From contig JBHLKY010000007.1 in NCBI GenBank assembly GCA_048886185.1, positions 30,001 through 62,000 of the forward strand: a stretch of 32,000 nucleotides of DNA. The letters run 5' to 3'. The notes beneath the pieces are model-generated. The model was not told where the DNA came from. It was given only the letters and a program-made list of their open reading frames with translations, and did not search any database. This DNA is from Candidatus Hermodarchaeota archaeon. Lineage in GTDB: Archaea > Asgardarchaeota > Heimdallarchaeia > Hodarchaeales > Hodarchaeaceae. Position numbers and translations under genes: made by a program. Positions 8,409 through 17,685 of this stretch are shown here, one piece after another (the stretch's first letter is position 1; the number at the start of each line of letters is the position of its first letter).

Positions 8409-9350
8409 TTGAATATTTCTTTAGGTATTTCATTTGCATATTCAAGATTCATGTCTCAAGAGAATATTATGATAAAGTTTCAGGAAATCAAAAAGAAGGA
8501 GATAAATGCAATTGAATTTGGATTACTTAATTGTGTCCTTGGTACGTCAAATATCCCTGGTACTGTTCCTTACCCATCTGAAAAACAAATAAATTTGATT
8601 TCTGATGTAGTTCCCTCTGATCAATACTATCTTTCGATTCATGCCCCCTACCGTATTTCTGCCACATCAGAGGATCCCAAGAAAATTCAATACTCGAAAT
8701 CAAATCTATCTAAGTCATTATTAATTGCTGATTGGCTTGGAGCTCATCATGTGACTTTTCATGGCGGTAGCTTCAAGCGAAAGCACGAGAATGCTCGTGT
8801 CAAAAAAGTATTGGAGGACTGGGAAGCTTGGAGGCAACATAAGGAGTATAATGCGAAGATGGCTCCAGAAGTAGGGGGGAAGTACAATTCTTTTGCTGAT
8901 TTCTTCACACTAATTGAGATTGCAGGAACCATTAACAATTGTCTTATCACATGGGACATCAGTCATGATTTCGCCCGAGGCGGTAATATTACGACCGAGG
9001 GTGGTGTTTTGAATAGACTCAATCTCCTTGATCAAACATTTGATCTAAATAAAGATAATCGTTTACCAATACACTTTTCGGGGATGATTGTGGGGAAAAC
9101 AGGAGAGAAACATCACACTCTTTTAGATCATGGGACGGGAGTACCTTGGAAACTTGTTTTCTCGGTTTTAAAAGAACAAAATTACTTAGATAAAGTTAGT
9201 ATGATCTGTGAAAGTAAGGTTCCTAAGAAAGAAAAGTTTATGGGAAATTCCTTATCAGATGTAATTCGTGTGAGAGAGTTTCTTGAATCTGATGAGCTTG
9301 TAAAGACTTACAAAGGAAAACCTGGTTATTTAGACTATTACTTCAAATGA
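8409..9350 (+). CDS. nfo: endonuclease IV / AP-endonuclease family 2 TIM-barrel protein
   Basis: Metal-ligand motifs 'SIHAPY', 'VTFHGG', 'APEVGGK', 'WDISHDFAR', 'IHFSG', 'HHTL', 'ICES'. True start may be the ATG at 8451. Confidence 0.75.
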   Translation: MNISLGISFAYSRFMSQENIMIKFQEIKKKEINAIEFGLLNCVLGTSNIPGTVPYPSEKQINLISDVVPSDQYYLSIHAPYRISATSEDPKKIQYSKSNLSKSLLIADWLGAHHVTFHGGSFKRKHENARVKKVLEDWEAWRQHKEYNAKMAPEVGGKYNSFADFFTLIEIAGTINNCLITWDISHDFARGGNITTEGGVLNRLNLLDQTFDLNKDNRLPIHFSGMIVGKTGEKHHTLLDHGTGVPWKLVFSVLKEQNYLDKVSMICESKVPKKEKFMGNSLSDVIRVREFLESDELVKTYKGKPGYLDYYFK

Positions 9351-9387
9351 TTGGGGAAAGATTATTAAAGAAAACAAGATCTTTGGG

Positions 9388-10593
9388 TTGGTTATTAAGA
9401 TGGTTATTCTCAAAATTCCTAAAAGTAGATTTGAAGAGCGTCAAGAGAAATTTCATAGAATTCTAGAAGAGCTTGACTTGGAGAGTTTTATTGTTCTGAG
9501 TCCAACATCAATATATTATCTAACTGGTTTCTCGATGATACCAACTGAACGCCCCTTTATACTTGTGTTTAGGGATTCAAGCCTAAACTTTTTTGTCCCA
9601 GAATTGGAAAAGCAACACGTGTCAGAAGAAGTTCCAGAAGCTAAAGTCGTAAGCTATTTTGAGTACCCTGATGTAGTACATCCTATGAGGCATTTTAAGA
9701 ATTTTATCAAAGACGATTTAAAGATTTCAAATAAGCTAGGAGCAGAAGGAGGGGGAGCAAGAGGAATGTGGGGATATAAAGGCCCAAAATTTGAAGAAGC
9801 GTTGAAAATGAGTGTTGCTATTCATCCTGATCTGATCGTTGATATGAGGATCATTAAGGATACAGATGAAGTAGCTTGTATTCGAGAATGTGCACGCTGG
9901 GGGAACTTAGCTCATCAATTACTTCAAGACTATACCGCTGTTGGGGAAAATGAAATAGATGTTTCCTTTAGAGCAAGTCATGAGGCATCTAAAGAAATGC
10001 GTGAAACACTTGGTCCAGAATATTCTCCCATAGGTTGGGGAGTACGACCATGTAGCGCTGGATACCGAGGCCAAATTGGACCATATTCAGCAATTCCTCA
10101 TGCTATGACTCGTAATGCAATTTTTCAAAAGGGAGATACACTCGTTACAGGTGCAAGTGGTAATATTGCTGGTTATAAATCAGAGTTAGAACGAACAATG
10201 TTCATGGGAGCACCAAACGAAAAACAACGCGGATATTTTGCTATAATGATGAAATCCCAACAAGCCGCTTTTGATACATTTGGGCCTGATGTTCCACTCT
10301 CAAATATTGACAAGGTTACTCGGAAGGTATTCAAAGAAGCGGGGGTAATGAATCTAGTCCAACATCATACAGGACATGCTATTGGTCTTGAGGGGCATGA
10401 ACGTCCATTCTTAGATATTGGTATGAATGATTTGATGAAACCAGGCATGATTTTCACGGTTGAGCCGGGCATTTATGATCGTTCGATTGGTGGATTTCGT
10501 CACTCTGACACAGTTGTCATAACAGACGAAGGAATGGAAAACATCACTAATGATTACCCTCGTGATTTAGAATCTCTAATAATTGATCGTTAG
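9388..10593 (+). CDS. M24 (creatinase/prolidase) family hydrolase
   Basis: Creatinase_N-like N-domain ('SPTSIYYLTGF') and pita-bread domain ('DMRIIKDTDEV', 'HHTGHAIGLEGHE', 'FTVEPGIY'). Metal ligands are partly substituted (see findings). Confidence 0.88.
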   Translation: MVIKMVILKIPKSRFEERQEKFHRILEELDLESFIVLSPTSIYYLTGFSMIPTERPFILVFRDSSLNFFVPELEKQHVSEEVPEAKVVSYFEYPDVVHPMRHFKNFIKDDLKISNKLGAEGGGARGMWGYKGPKFEEALKMSVAIHPDLIVDMRIIKDTDEVACIRECARWGNLAHQLLQDYTAVGENEIDVSFRASHEASKEMRETLGPEYSPIGWGVRPCSAGYRGQIGPYSAIPHAMTRNAIFQKGDTLVTGASGNIAGYKSELERTMFMGAPNEKQRGYFAIMMKSQQAAFDTFGPDVPLSNIDKVTRKVFKEAGVMNLVQHHTGHAIGLEGHERPFLDIGMNDLMKPGMIFTVEPGIYDRSIGGFRHSDTVVITDEGMENITNDYPRDLESLIIDR

Positions 10594-10602
10594 AGGGTTA
10601 AA

Positions 10603-10968
10603 ATGGATAAGAATCTTGAAAGAGGAATAGAATTAATAAGAGCAGTTGAGAACTCTGCTGCTATACCATATTTACAGAAGGCTTTGAAGAAGGATCCTCA
10701 GAATCCAGAGATCTTCCGTCATCTTGGATTAGCATATTTTAATCTTGGAAATTATATAAAAGCTCTAGACAACTGGAAAAAAGCAATTGAAATAGATCCT
10801 ACCCATCATCAAACACATTGGAATCTGGGTCAGCTTTATGAAATCGAAAAGAGATATACTGATGCTTATGAAAGCTATACTCAAGCAGGAATAGCAGCAG
10901 AAGAGGCTTCAGATCAAGTAAAAGCTATGCGATATAGAGAATGGGCTAATAGAGCCAAAAAGTTATAA
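10603..10968 (+). CDS. small tetratricopeptide-repeat protein
   Basis: About three TPRs ('AIPYLQKALKKDPQNPEIFRHLGLAYFNLGNYIKALDNWKKAIEIDP'). GAGGG upstream of the start. Confidence 0.88.
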   Translation: MDKNLERGIELIRAVENSAAIPYLQKALKKDPQNPEIFRHLGLAYFNLGNYIKALDNWKKAIEIDPTHHQTHWNLGQLYEIEKRYTDAYESYTQAGIAAEEASDQVKAMRYREWANRAKKL

Positions 10969-10974
10969 CAGTCA

Positions 10975-10985
10975 TCTTTTTTTTC
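10975..10985 (+). terminator. oligo-T tract after the TPR gene
   Basis: T8 run (TCTTTTTTTTC) begins a few nt after the TAA at 10968, before a ~410-bp gap. Confidence 0.45.
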
Positions 10986-11382
10986 GTGTGAATGTTTTCC
11001 ACTTTCTCCCCGATAAATACATTTATAAAGTAAAAATAAAATGCTGGAATCATTAATGAAAAGAGGTGTTTACTTGCAATGAGATATGAGTGTAAAGAAT
11101 ATACAAAACTTGTTTTTAGAAAAAGTGAGCAAACACCAGCAATTGCTGCATGAAGCAGAGATTTTGAATAATTGTTTTGTTTTCGCTTCTTCTTAAACAA
11201 GCATAATCTGCTGAGTTGTTGTGATAGTTTAAAGAGATTACTTCTTACTTGGAAAGATATCTTCATAGTAAGAATAAAGACAATCTTGGCCTCCATAGTC
11301 TTTAGTGGAGACTCTCGAAGATATATACGCTCAGTGGACACTCTAAAACTTAAATTTCAAAAATCCCTCTTTTCTTGAAAAA

Positions 11383-12363
11383 ATGAAATGGAAGATTATA
11401 AGATTGAGTACAGACCATAATCAAAGACTTGGATTTGGTAGATATGGGAAAACTACCCATGGTAGAGAAGAATCTCGTGAAAGTCGGAAGACTAAGACTA
11501 AAAGGCAATTAAAGGAAGTCACAATAACTGAAGCTAAAAATCAACTTCTAGCTACTGGAGAAATACAACAAGTCCTTGCAGTAATTGGTGGTGGTAAAGA
11601 GGCAACTATTCTTCTCGCTGAAAATACAGAAGAAGAATTAGTTTGTGCTAAGGTTTTCCGATATTTTACAAGTACAATCAGGAAGCGCCTTCGTGGGACG
11701 ATACATCTACTTGCTGATGATATGGCAGCTTTAGCTGCAAAACAGGAGTACTGGAATCTACATGAATTGTTTAACAGAAATATTCCTGTACCCGAACCAC
11801 GATTACTCACCAATAATATTGTTATCATGGAATTTATTGCTGAAGAAATAGGATCAACAACTCCTGCTCCTCTTCTTCGTGAAGTAAACCTGACTTATTA
11901 TGATCCAGAAGAGCTATTATATGATTCAATTGACATTCTGGCAAATTTATTTCTAGAAGGTCACTTTATTCATGGAGATTATAGTGAACATAACCTCATG
12001 CTTACTCAGAAGGGGATACTCTTTACAATGGACGTTTCTCAGTCGGTTCAATATAACAGGAAGACCTTCATCAATACTCCTTTACGAATCAGAATTGACA
12101 AAGCTATAGATCTCCTTGAAAAAGATATTCACAACATTAATCAATATTTTAAGAGAGTTTACAAAATATCTGTCAATCCTGATGAAGTAATAGAAACCAT
12201 TATTAAAGAATTACCCCAACATTTGCAGGATTTCTTGAATAAAAAGACTATGCAGATTTATCCCTCCACTATGTATTCTCCCAAAATATATTTGGGGAAG
12301 GAAGGATATCGTGATGAATTAGTCTTTCAGAGAACGGGTAAAAGTCGTCAACGACCAAAATAG
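11383..12363 (+). CDS. rio1: RIO1-family atypical protein kinase/ATPase
   Basis: P-loop 'GGGKEA', 'CAKVFR', 'EYWNLHEL...IPVPEP', hinge 'IMEFI', catalytic loop 'IHGDYSEHN', metal-binding 'MDVSQSV'. Confidence 0.85.
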   Translation: MKWKIIRLSTDHNQRLGFGRYGKTTHGREESRESRKTKTKRQLKEVTITEAKNQLLATGEIQQVLAVIGGGKEATILLAENTEEELVCAKVFRYFTSTIRKRLRGTIHLLADDMAALAAKQEYWNLHELFNRNIPVPEPRLLTNNIVIMEFIAEEIGSTTPAPLLREVNLTYYDPEELLYDSIDILANLFLEGHFIHGDYSEHNLMLTQKGILFTMDVSQSVQYNRKTFINTPLRIRIDKAIDLLEKDIHNINQYFKRVYKISVNPDEVIETIIKELPQHLQDFLNKKTMQIYPSTMYSPKIYLGKEGYRDELVFQRTGKSRQRPK

Positions 12364-12402
12364 GAGATTGAAAAAATTAGGAATGTTTGGTGAGTTGGAA
12401 TA

Positions 12403-12615
12403 GTGAAATCGCGAAGAAAAGAGTCTGAAATGGAAACAAATTGTCATATTTCTGATCAGATTTCAATATTCATTAATTTAAAAACGAAGAATGATTTTTT
12501 TGATAAACTATATACAACACCTCTAAGTAAGGTAGAAGAGGATGAAATATTCATTTATATTATCAAAGCTCAAGAAATAGTCACAAAATGGAATGAAGGA
12601 CAAATAGAAGAATAA
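12403..12615 (+). CDS. small hypothetical protein
   Basis: 70-aa ORF (or 61 aa from ATG 12430) fills the gap between co-oriented genes. No recognisable motif. Confidence 0.45.
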   Translation: MKSRRKESEMETNCHISDQISIFINLKTKNDFFDKLYTTPLSKVEEDEIFIYIIKAQEIVTKWNEGQIEE

Positions 12616-12635
12616 CACCTGAAATAGGAGAAGAA

Positions 12636-13460
12636 ATGATAATGAATTTTGAAAAAATTAGCGAACACCTTATCTGGACGGATGTAGGATATGGAAATAG
12701 CATAGCCATTGATTTAGGAGGAAAAATTTTTGTGATTGATTCTATGTTGAATTGGGAGCTTGCTGCAGAATGGAGAAAGGTGATTGAACAATATTTTGAT
12801 AGTTATCTCTCTGGATTGATTCTCACTCATCACCACTGTGATCACACTTTTGGAAACCAGGTTTTTTCTGATTTACCAATCATCTCGAGCTTTGAAATAA
12901 GAAGGATAACAACTGAATTTGAAAAAAACATATGGAATGTTCAAACTCCAGATGACTTGGATGAATGGGAAGCAGGAGGATATGGGGTAAAGGATCTTCA
13001 GTTAACACATTCTAATGTTTGTTTTGTAAATAAACTTTATTTATATGGAAGGAGGACATTAGAGCTTATTCAAGCTGATGGCCATACTAGTGGTAGTACG
13101 TACTTATGGGAACCTGAAACTAGAACGTTGATTGCTGGCGATTTAATCTTCAATAAGCAGTTTCCTTATGGGGGAGATGAAACATGTGATATAATGAAAT
13201 GGCAAAAGGTTATTGAGGATTTAATAACTCTGGAACCCAAAATTATCATTAGTGGTCATGGCCCTGCAGCCACAACCGATGATCTTGATGAAATTAATGA
13301 TTTTTTTGCCAGATGTATTGATTATATGAAAAATAAATCTATTGATGCTCTAAGAGTTGAGAAAATAGCACAAGATTCTGATTTTCCAGAATATTATTCT
13401 CATGATCGTTTGGAACGGAAAAAAATATCGATAGAACGTTGGATTGAATTTTTCAAGTAA
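12636..13460 (+). CDS. MBL-fold metallo-hydrolase (cyclase/glyoxalase II-like)
   Basis: 'VIDS', 'THHHCDHTFGN', 'GHTSG', 'IAGDL', 'ISGHG'. AGGAG upstream. Confidence 0.9.
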   Translation: MIMNFEKISEHLIWTDVGYGNSIAIDLGGKIFVIDSMLNWELAAEWRKVIEQYFDSYLSGLILTHHHCDHTFGNQVFSDLPIISSFEIRRITTEFEKNIWNVQTPDDLDEWEAGGYGVKDLQLTHSNVCFVNKLYLYGRRTLELIQADGHTSGSTYLWEPETRTLIAGDLIFNKQFPYGGDETCDIMKWQKVIEDLITLEPKIIISGHGPAATTDDLDEINDFFARCIDYMKNKSIDALRVEKIAQDSDFPEYYSHDRLERKKISIERWIEFFK

Positions 13461-13481
13461 GAATAAGATAGGAAATAAAGT

Positions 13482-14456
13482 ATGAGCTCAATTAAACTTG
13501 TAACAAATCTTCATAACTGGGCTGAATTGAATTTAGACGATTTAGCTGAATTTTCATTTAAGGCGAGACAATCCAGGCCTGAAACTTTTAATAATAAGCG
13601 TACCCTTGAACGAGAAAGAAGAATAATTAACCTACAAAAACAATTTTCACCTTCTTTTGTTGTAGTTACCAGTAAAGGGAATAAGATGCTTGGGTGGTTA
13701 TCCTTTGATTTAGAATCTCCTAATAAGGTTGAAATTGGGAGATGGCTTCCAGCTGTTCTTGAAGGAGAAGAAGAAGATGAAGTACTTGCTGCGCTTATTG
13801 AGGCCTCTAAAGATTATTGCAGAAAGATACATTATTCTAGACTAGAAGTTTCGTTTAACATTCGGGATCAAGGGGAGAGGCAGGCATATAAAATCTATAG
13901 AAGATGGTATGAGGCACATAACGTGCGAATCAAAGATGAAGTAATCTATATGTTTCGCAATCTTTCTGAGAATGATAATACTGGGATTTCCACCCCTGAA
14001 GCATTTGAAACAAAATCAATTTCGGAAATCAATGACGATGAATTGTATCTCTGTTATCATGAGGCATTCACTAAATCAAAAAATCGTATCTTTCAAGATC
14101 AAACTGAATCTGAACGTCGTGACTATTTTTTTGACTATTACAGTAAATCGAAGCCTTTCATCAAAGAAGCATCTCTTGTCCTTAAGAAATTAAAAAAGCG
14201 AGCAATTATCGGTGTGACAGTGGTACGTCCGAGAGGAGGTGATGCTCATCTATCTCTTCTGGCTATTCATCCAGATTATCAAAGAAGAGGATTAGGTAAA
14301 TTTTTGCTGAAATTAGTCATCAAACGGGTATTTAAACAAGGATTCAAATCAATTAGTCTCGGCGTCGACATAGAAAATCCGGCTATAATACTTTATCAAA
14401 AGGTAGGATTCGTTTCAACTTCTCACATAATAACTCATTCTTGGAAAACTAAATAG
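13482..14456 (+). CDS. tandem-GNAT acetyltransferase
   Basis: C-terminal GNAT with 'LAIHPDYQRRGLGK' and 'AIILYQKVGF'. The N-terminal half resembles a second, degenerate GNAT. Confidence 0.82.
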   Translation: MSSIKLVTNLHNWAELNLDDLAEFSFKARQSRPETFNNKRTLERERRIINLQKQFSPSFVVVTSKGNKMLGWLSFDLESPNKVEIGRWLPAVLEGEEEDEVLAALIEASKDYCRKIHYSRLEVSFNIRDQGERQAYKIYRRWYEAHNVRIKDEVIYMFRNLSENDNTGISTPEAFETKSISEINDDELYLCYHEAFTKSKNRIFQDQTESERRDYFFDYYSKSKPFIKEASLVLKKLKKRAIIGVTVVRPRGGDAHLSLLAIHPDYQRRGLGKFLLKLVIKRVFKQGFKSISLGVDIENPAIILYQKVGFVSTSHIITHSWKTK

Positions 14457-14494
14457 AGCAATATAAAAAGCTATTTTTCTAGGAGAAACAGTCA

Positions 14495-15652
14495 TTGAAA
14501 ATAAAAGAACTCAAATTTAATGATTTTCATATAGTTCGTTCCTTATTCACTAAATCGGAACATCTTGAGTTCACTATTGATGCCGTTATTGCAGGAAATA
14601 GTCCAATGCATATTTGGGTGGATGAAACTACCGCTCCTAAAAGTGCATTCTTATGGGATAAATCCCACTGTTATTATCTTGTTGGAGAGACTGAAAATAG
14701 TGAATTCTGTGAAGCAATTACAACATTATTATATGATACAATAATGCCTGATGTAATTGCTAGGAACCATGATATTTTTAAAATCGAGTATTTCCCAAAT
14801 GAATGGGAGCCTATTCTTGAGGAAATTTTAAGAGAAAAGTGTCCTATCAAAGCTCACCGTAAATTTTTCATTCTGGATAGACCCCTGATCTCTCAATGGA
14901 AAGATATTGTACCATCTGACTTTAGTATCCAGAAAATTGATAGAACTCTCCTTGAAAGCGATATTGAAAATGTAAATACAATTATTGATGAAATAAAACT
15001 ATGTTGGCAATCTGTTGATGATTTTTTACAGAAGGGTTTTGGTTTTTGTTTGATTCATACCCTTAAAGAAAGGAAAGAAGTTCAAGGTTGGTGTACAGGC
15101 GAGTATTTTAGTGAAGGTAAGTGTGGAATTGGTATTGAAACCTTTCAAGGCTATCAAAAAAGGGGATTTGGAACTGCAATGGCTTTAGCTTATGTAGAAC
15201 ATAGTTTATCAGTCAAAATTCAGCCATATTGGGATGTTTCTACGAATAATGACGCTTCTATACGTGTAGCAAAAAAAGTAGGTTTTAAAAAGATTCAAGA
15301 TTATACTGTATTTCTTGGTTCGTTCACTAATATTGAAAGTTTTCAAGGTAATCATTACTATCAGGAAAAGGATTACGAGAAAGCAGCTAAATGGTATGAA
15401 AAAGCTGCAAAGTCAGATCAAAGGAAATTCTATAACTACTATAATGCTGCTTGTTCTTGGGCATTAAATGGGAACATTGACTCGGCTCTAAACAACCTCA
15501 ATAAATCACTCGATTTCATGGACAAGTCCCTAAAACAATTTATCGATCGTATGAAACGAGATACTGATTTGGTAAATTTATATGGAACAAAGGGGTGGAA
15601 AAATTTTCTTAAACGATTGAATGACATTGAGAAAGGAACCAAACAGAATTAG
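14495..15652 (+). CDS. GNAT acetyltransferase with C-terminal TPR-like domain
   Basis: 'GFGFCL', 'GIGIETFQGYQKRGFGT', 'PYWD...N.ASIRVAKKVGF', then 'AAKWYEKAA...YYNAACSWALNGNIDSALNNLNKSL'. TTG start preceded by AGGAG. Confidence 0.82.
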   Translation: MKIKELKFNDFHIVRSLFTKSEHLEFTIDAVIAGNSPMHIWVDETTAPKSAFLWDKSHCYYLVGETENSEFCEAITTLLYDTIMPDVIARNHDIFKIEYFPNEWEPILEEILREKCPIKAHRKFFILDRPLISQWKDIVPSDFSIQKIDRTLLESDIENVNTIIDEIKLCWQSVDDFLQKGFGFCLIHTLKERKEVQGWCTGEYFSEGKCGIGIETFQGYQKRGFGTAMALAYVEHSLSVKIQPYWDVSTNNDASIRVAKKVGFKKIQDYTVFLGSFTNIESFQGNHYYQEKDYEKAAKWYEKAAKSDQRKFYNYYNAACSWALNGNIDSALNNLNKSLDFMDKSLKQFIDRMKRDTDLVNLYGTKGWKNFLKRLNDIEKGTKQN

Positions 15653-15665
15653 GAGGTTAAAATCT

Positions 15666-16268
15666 TTGGATAAGATGTTACTTGAGTTACCCTCAATATT
15701 AGAAACAAAAAGGTTAGTTCTACGACCATACCAAGCAGGTGATGGTTTACATTTCCTAGCAATGTTGGAACGGAATAGAAAATATTTAGCAGAGCTCCTT
15801 GGACCAATAACGGAATCAACAGAAATCAATGAGATTGAAATCTTCTTGCGGAAATTAGCAGCAGATTGGGTTGCACGTAATCGATTCGTTTTAAGTTTCT
15901 GGGAAAAATCCTCATTAAAATACCTCGGTCATATTTGGATTGAACCACTTGATTGGAGAATACCTAATTTTGAAATGGGCTGGTTTATTGATAAGGAGTA
16001 CCAAGGAAGAGGGTTTACTACTGAAGCTGCCAAAGCGGCAATCCTTTTTATATTTAAGAATATGAATGCTAATAAAATTACTGTTAGGGTAAGAAAACAT
16101 GGCTCTTATTACGAGAAAAGTAAAGAAATTGCTAAGAGATGTGGTTTCATTGAGGAAGGGATTCTTCGTAATTCTGTAAGAACTCATTGCGATAATATAC
16201 TAGTAAATGAAATATACTTTGGCCTTCTTAAAGAAGAAATGAAAGATCTCTTAAAATTGAGTCAATAA
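15666..16268 (+). CDS. RimJ/RimL-type GNAT acetyltransferase
   Basis: 'LETKRLVLRPY', 'EMGWFIDKEYQGRGFTTEA', 'AKRCGFIEEG'. Start placed at the in-frame TTG 15666, 9 nt after AGGAGG, which removes the 32-bp overlap in the ORF track call (15621). Confidence 0.85.
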   Translation: MDKMLLELPSILETKRLVLRPYQAGDGLHFLAMLERNRKYLAELLGPITESTEINEIEIFLRKLAADWVARNRFVLSFWEKSSLKYLGHIWIEPLDWRIPNFEMGWFIDKEYQGRGFTTEAAKAAILFIFKNMNANKITVRVRKHGSYYEKSKEIAKRCGFIEEGILRNSVRTHCDNILVNEIYFGLLKEEMKDLLKLSQ

Positions 16269-16322
16269 AGAATATCAACTAATTTCTAAGACATTAACAC
16301 CAGATTGTGAATTAATCAGCAA

Positions 16323-17060
16323 TTATTTCTTTTTCCCGACAGTTAAGAGATATATCACAAACTGATCTATTCCATCAAGATTAAGAACCTTGTTTAACTC
16401 TTCATCTTCAAATGCTGCAATAGCGCAAACGCCACATCCAATATTTTCTGCAGCTAGATATAAGTTTTGACCAGCATGTCCCGCATCCATATGTAGGTAA
16501 CGATACCCCCTTTCTCCATACCGCCATTTCATTCTCTCGACAATTGCTACTAATAGAAAAGTGACATTACTTTTTTTCACATGGGATTGATCAAGAGCTG
16601 CCTTCGTAATCTTATCAGCAATACTTTTCTCCAAGGTTATTGGCACGATTTTATGATCAATAGCTAAAAATCTATAGAGGCCTGGTTGAAGTCCATCTAC
16701 ATTGTTCACTAATAGATAGGTCTCAAATGCATGACGGGCTCCTGCAGAGGGGACTGTACGGAGAGTAGCTCGGTTACCCATGGCCTCTTTCACTCCTTGA
16801 GTACACCATAATAACCAAGATAATTCCATTAACGAAAGTGGCTGATCTGAATATTTACGAATGCTCTTCCGAGTTTCAATCGCTTGTCGTAAGCTTATAT
16901 CATCTATAGAAATATCTTGAGGTTTGGGAATATCAATTACTTTTGAACGATCGTAATCTAACTCTAATGATGGTTGAGGGGAACCTCTACTTTGAGCTGA
17001 AGGTTCCATGAATTTATACTGAGTCTTTCTCATAAAAACTTTACCAATATCTTCTGTCAT
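16323..17060 (-). CDS. SagB/ThcOx-family nitroreductase-fold dehydrogenase
   Basis: 'RKSIRKYS', 'LRTVPSAGARHAFETY', 'KYGERGYR'-like 'WRYGERGYRY', 'DAGHAGQNLYLAA'. Confidence 0.88.
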   Translation of the reverse strand: MTEDIGKVFMRKTQYKFMEPSAQSRGSPQPSLELDYDRSKVIDIPKPQDISIDDISLRQAIETRKSIRKYSDQPLSLMELSWLLWCTQGVKEAMGNRATLRTVPSAGARHAFETYLLVNNVDGLQPGLYRFLAIDHKIVPITLEKSIADKITKAALDQSHVKKSNVTFLLVAIVERMKWRYGERGYRYLHMDAGHAGQNLYLAAENIGCGVCAIAAFEDEELNKVLNLDGIDQFVIYLLTVGKKK

Positions 17061-17685
17061 TTAGAATACACCATTTTCTTTCAGTATATTACCCATTAAT
17101 AATGCAGACAACGAATAAATTCATGTTTTTGTTCGTCAATGGTTAATAGGCGGTTATCTTAAAAATTTGTATGAGTATATGTGTTTAAATTTGTATTTCA
17201 CTCAAAAAGAATCATTTTAAGGTGGAATACAATTTATCAATATACTAACTGCCTATACCACTATGAGCACAGGTATTGGAAGATATCTTTCTCGGAAATA
17301 ATCAAGACCCATTGGGATATAATGACAGATTAGAGTGGGGGATGAAGGATGTGGATCACCTCTTAGCATCAGAATGATTTTAGAAAATTATTGATTGAAA
17401 TTACTGATTGAGTCGTTAGAACTCATTTTATGTATATATTTAAGTTCTAATCTTTTCATTTTCCCTTTTTTGTACTCTATGAGTCACATGAAACTTAAAA
17501 TAAGGATTAAGGAGGTTTTCTTTCTCTAAAATAATCAATTACGAGTTATATAAATCATAGCAGATTCTCAAACTACTTCTGTATTTTATAGATTCAGAAT
17601 GCCTTCAAGAAAAGATTTAAATACTATTATCAATTTGATATTAGTTAAAGTAATAACATTAATAATACTATCAGAGTTGACAATT

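Noticed and set aside
16323-17060. SagB/ThcOx gene as a marker of a thiazole/oxazole RiPP cluster
   Set aside because: No YcaO cyclodehydratase, precursor peptide or transporter is nearby. Stand-alone members of this nitroreductase family are common.
17352-17362. TGGATCACCTC, matching the 3' end of 16S rRNA (and a perfect GAGGTGATCC Shine-Dalgarno on the minus strand)
   Set aside because: Upstream sequence does not resemble 16S helix 45, the region is AT-rich, and no start codon follows at a suitable distance on the minus strand. Treated as chance.
17416-17450. 8-bp inverted repeat TTAGAACT-N19-AGTTCTAA upstream of padR as a possible operator
   Set aside because: It is short, AT-rich and ~235 bp from the likely start, and such repeats are expected by chance.
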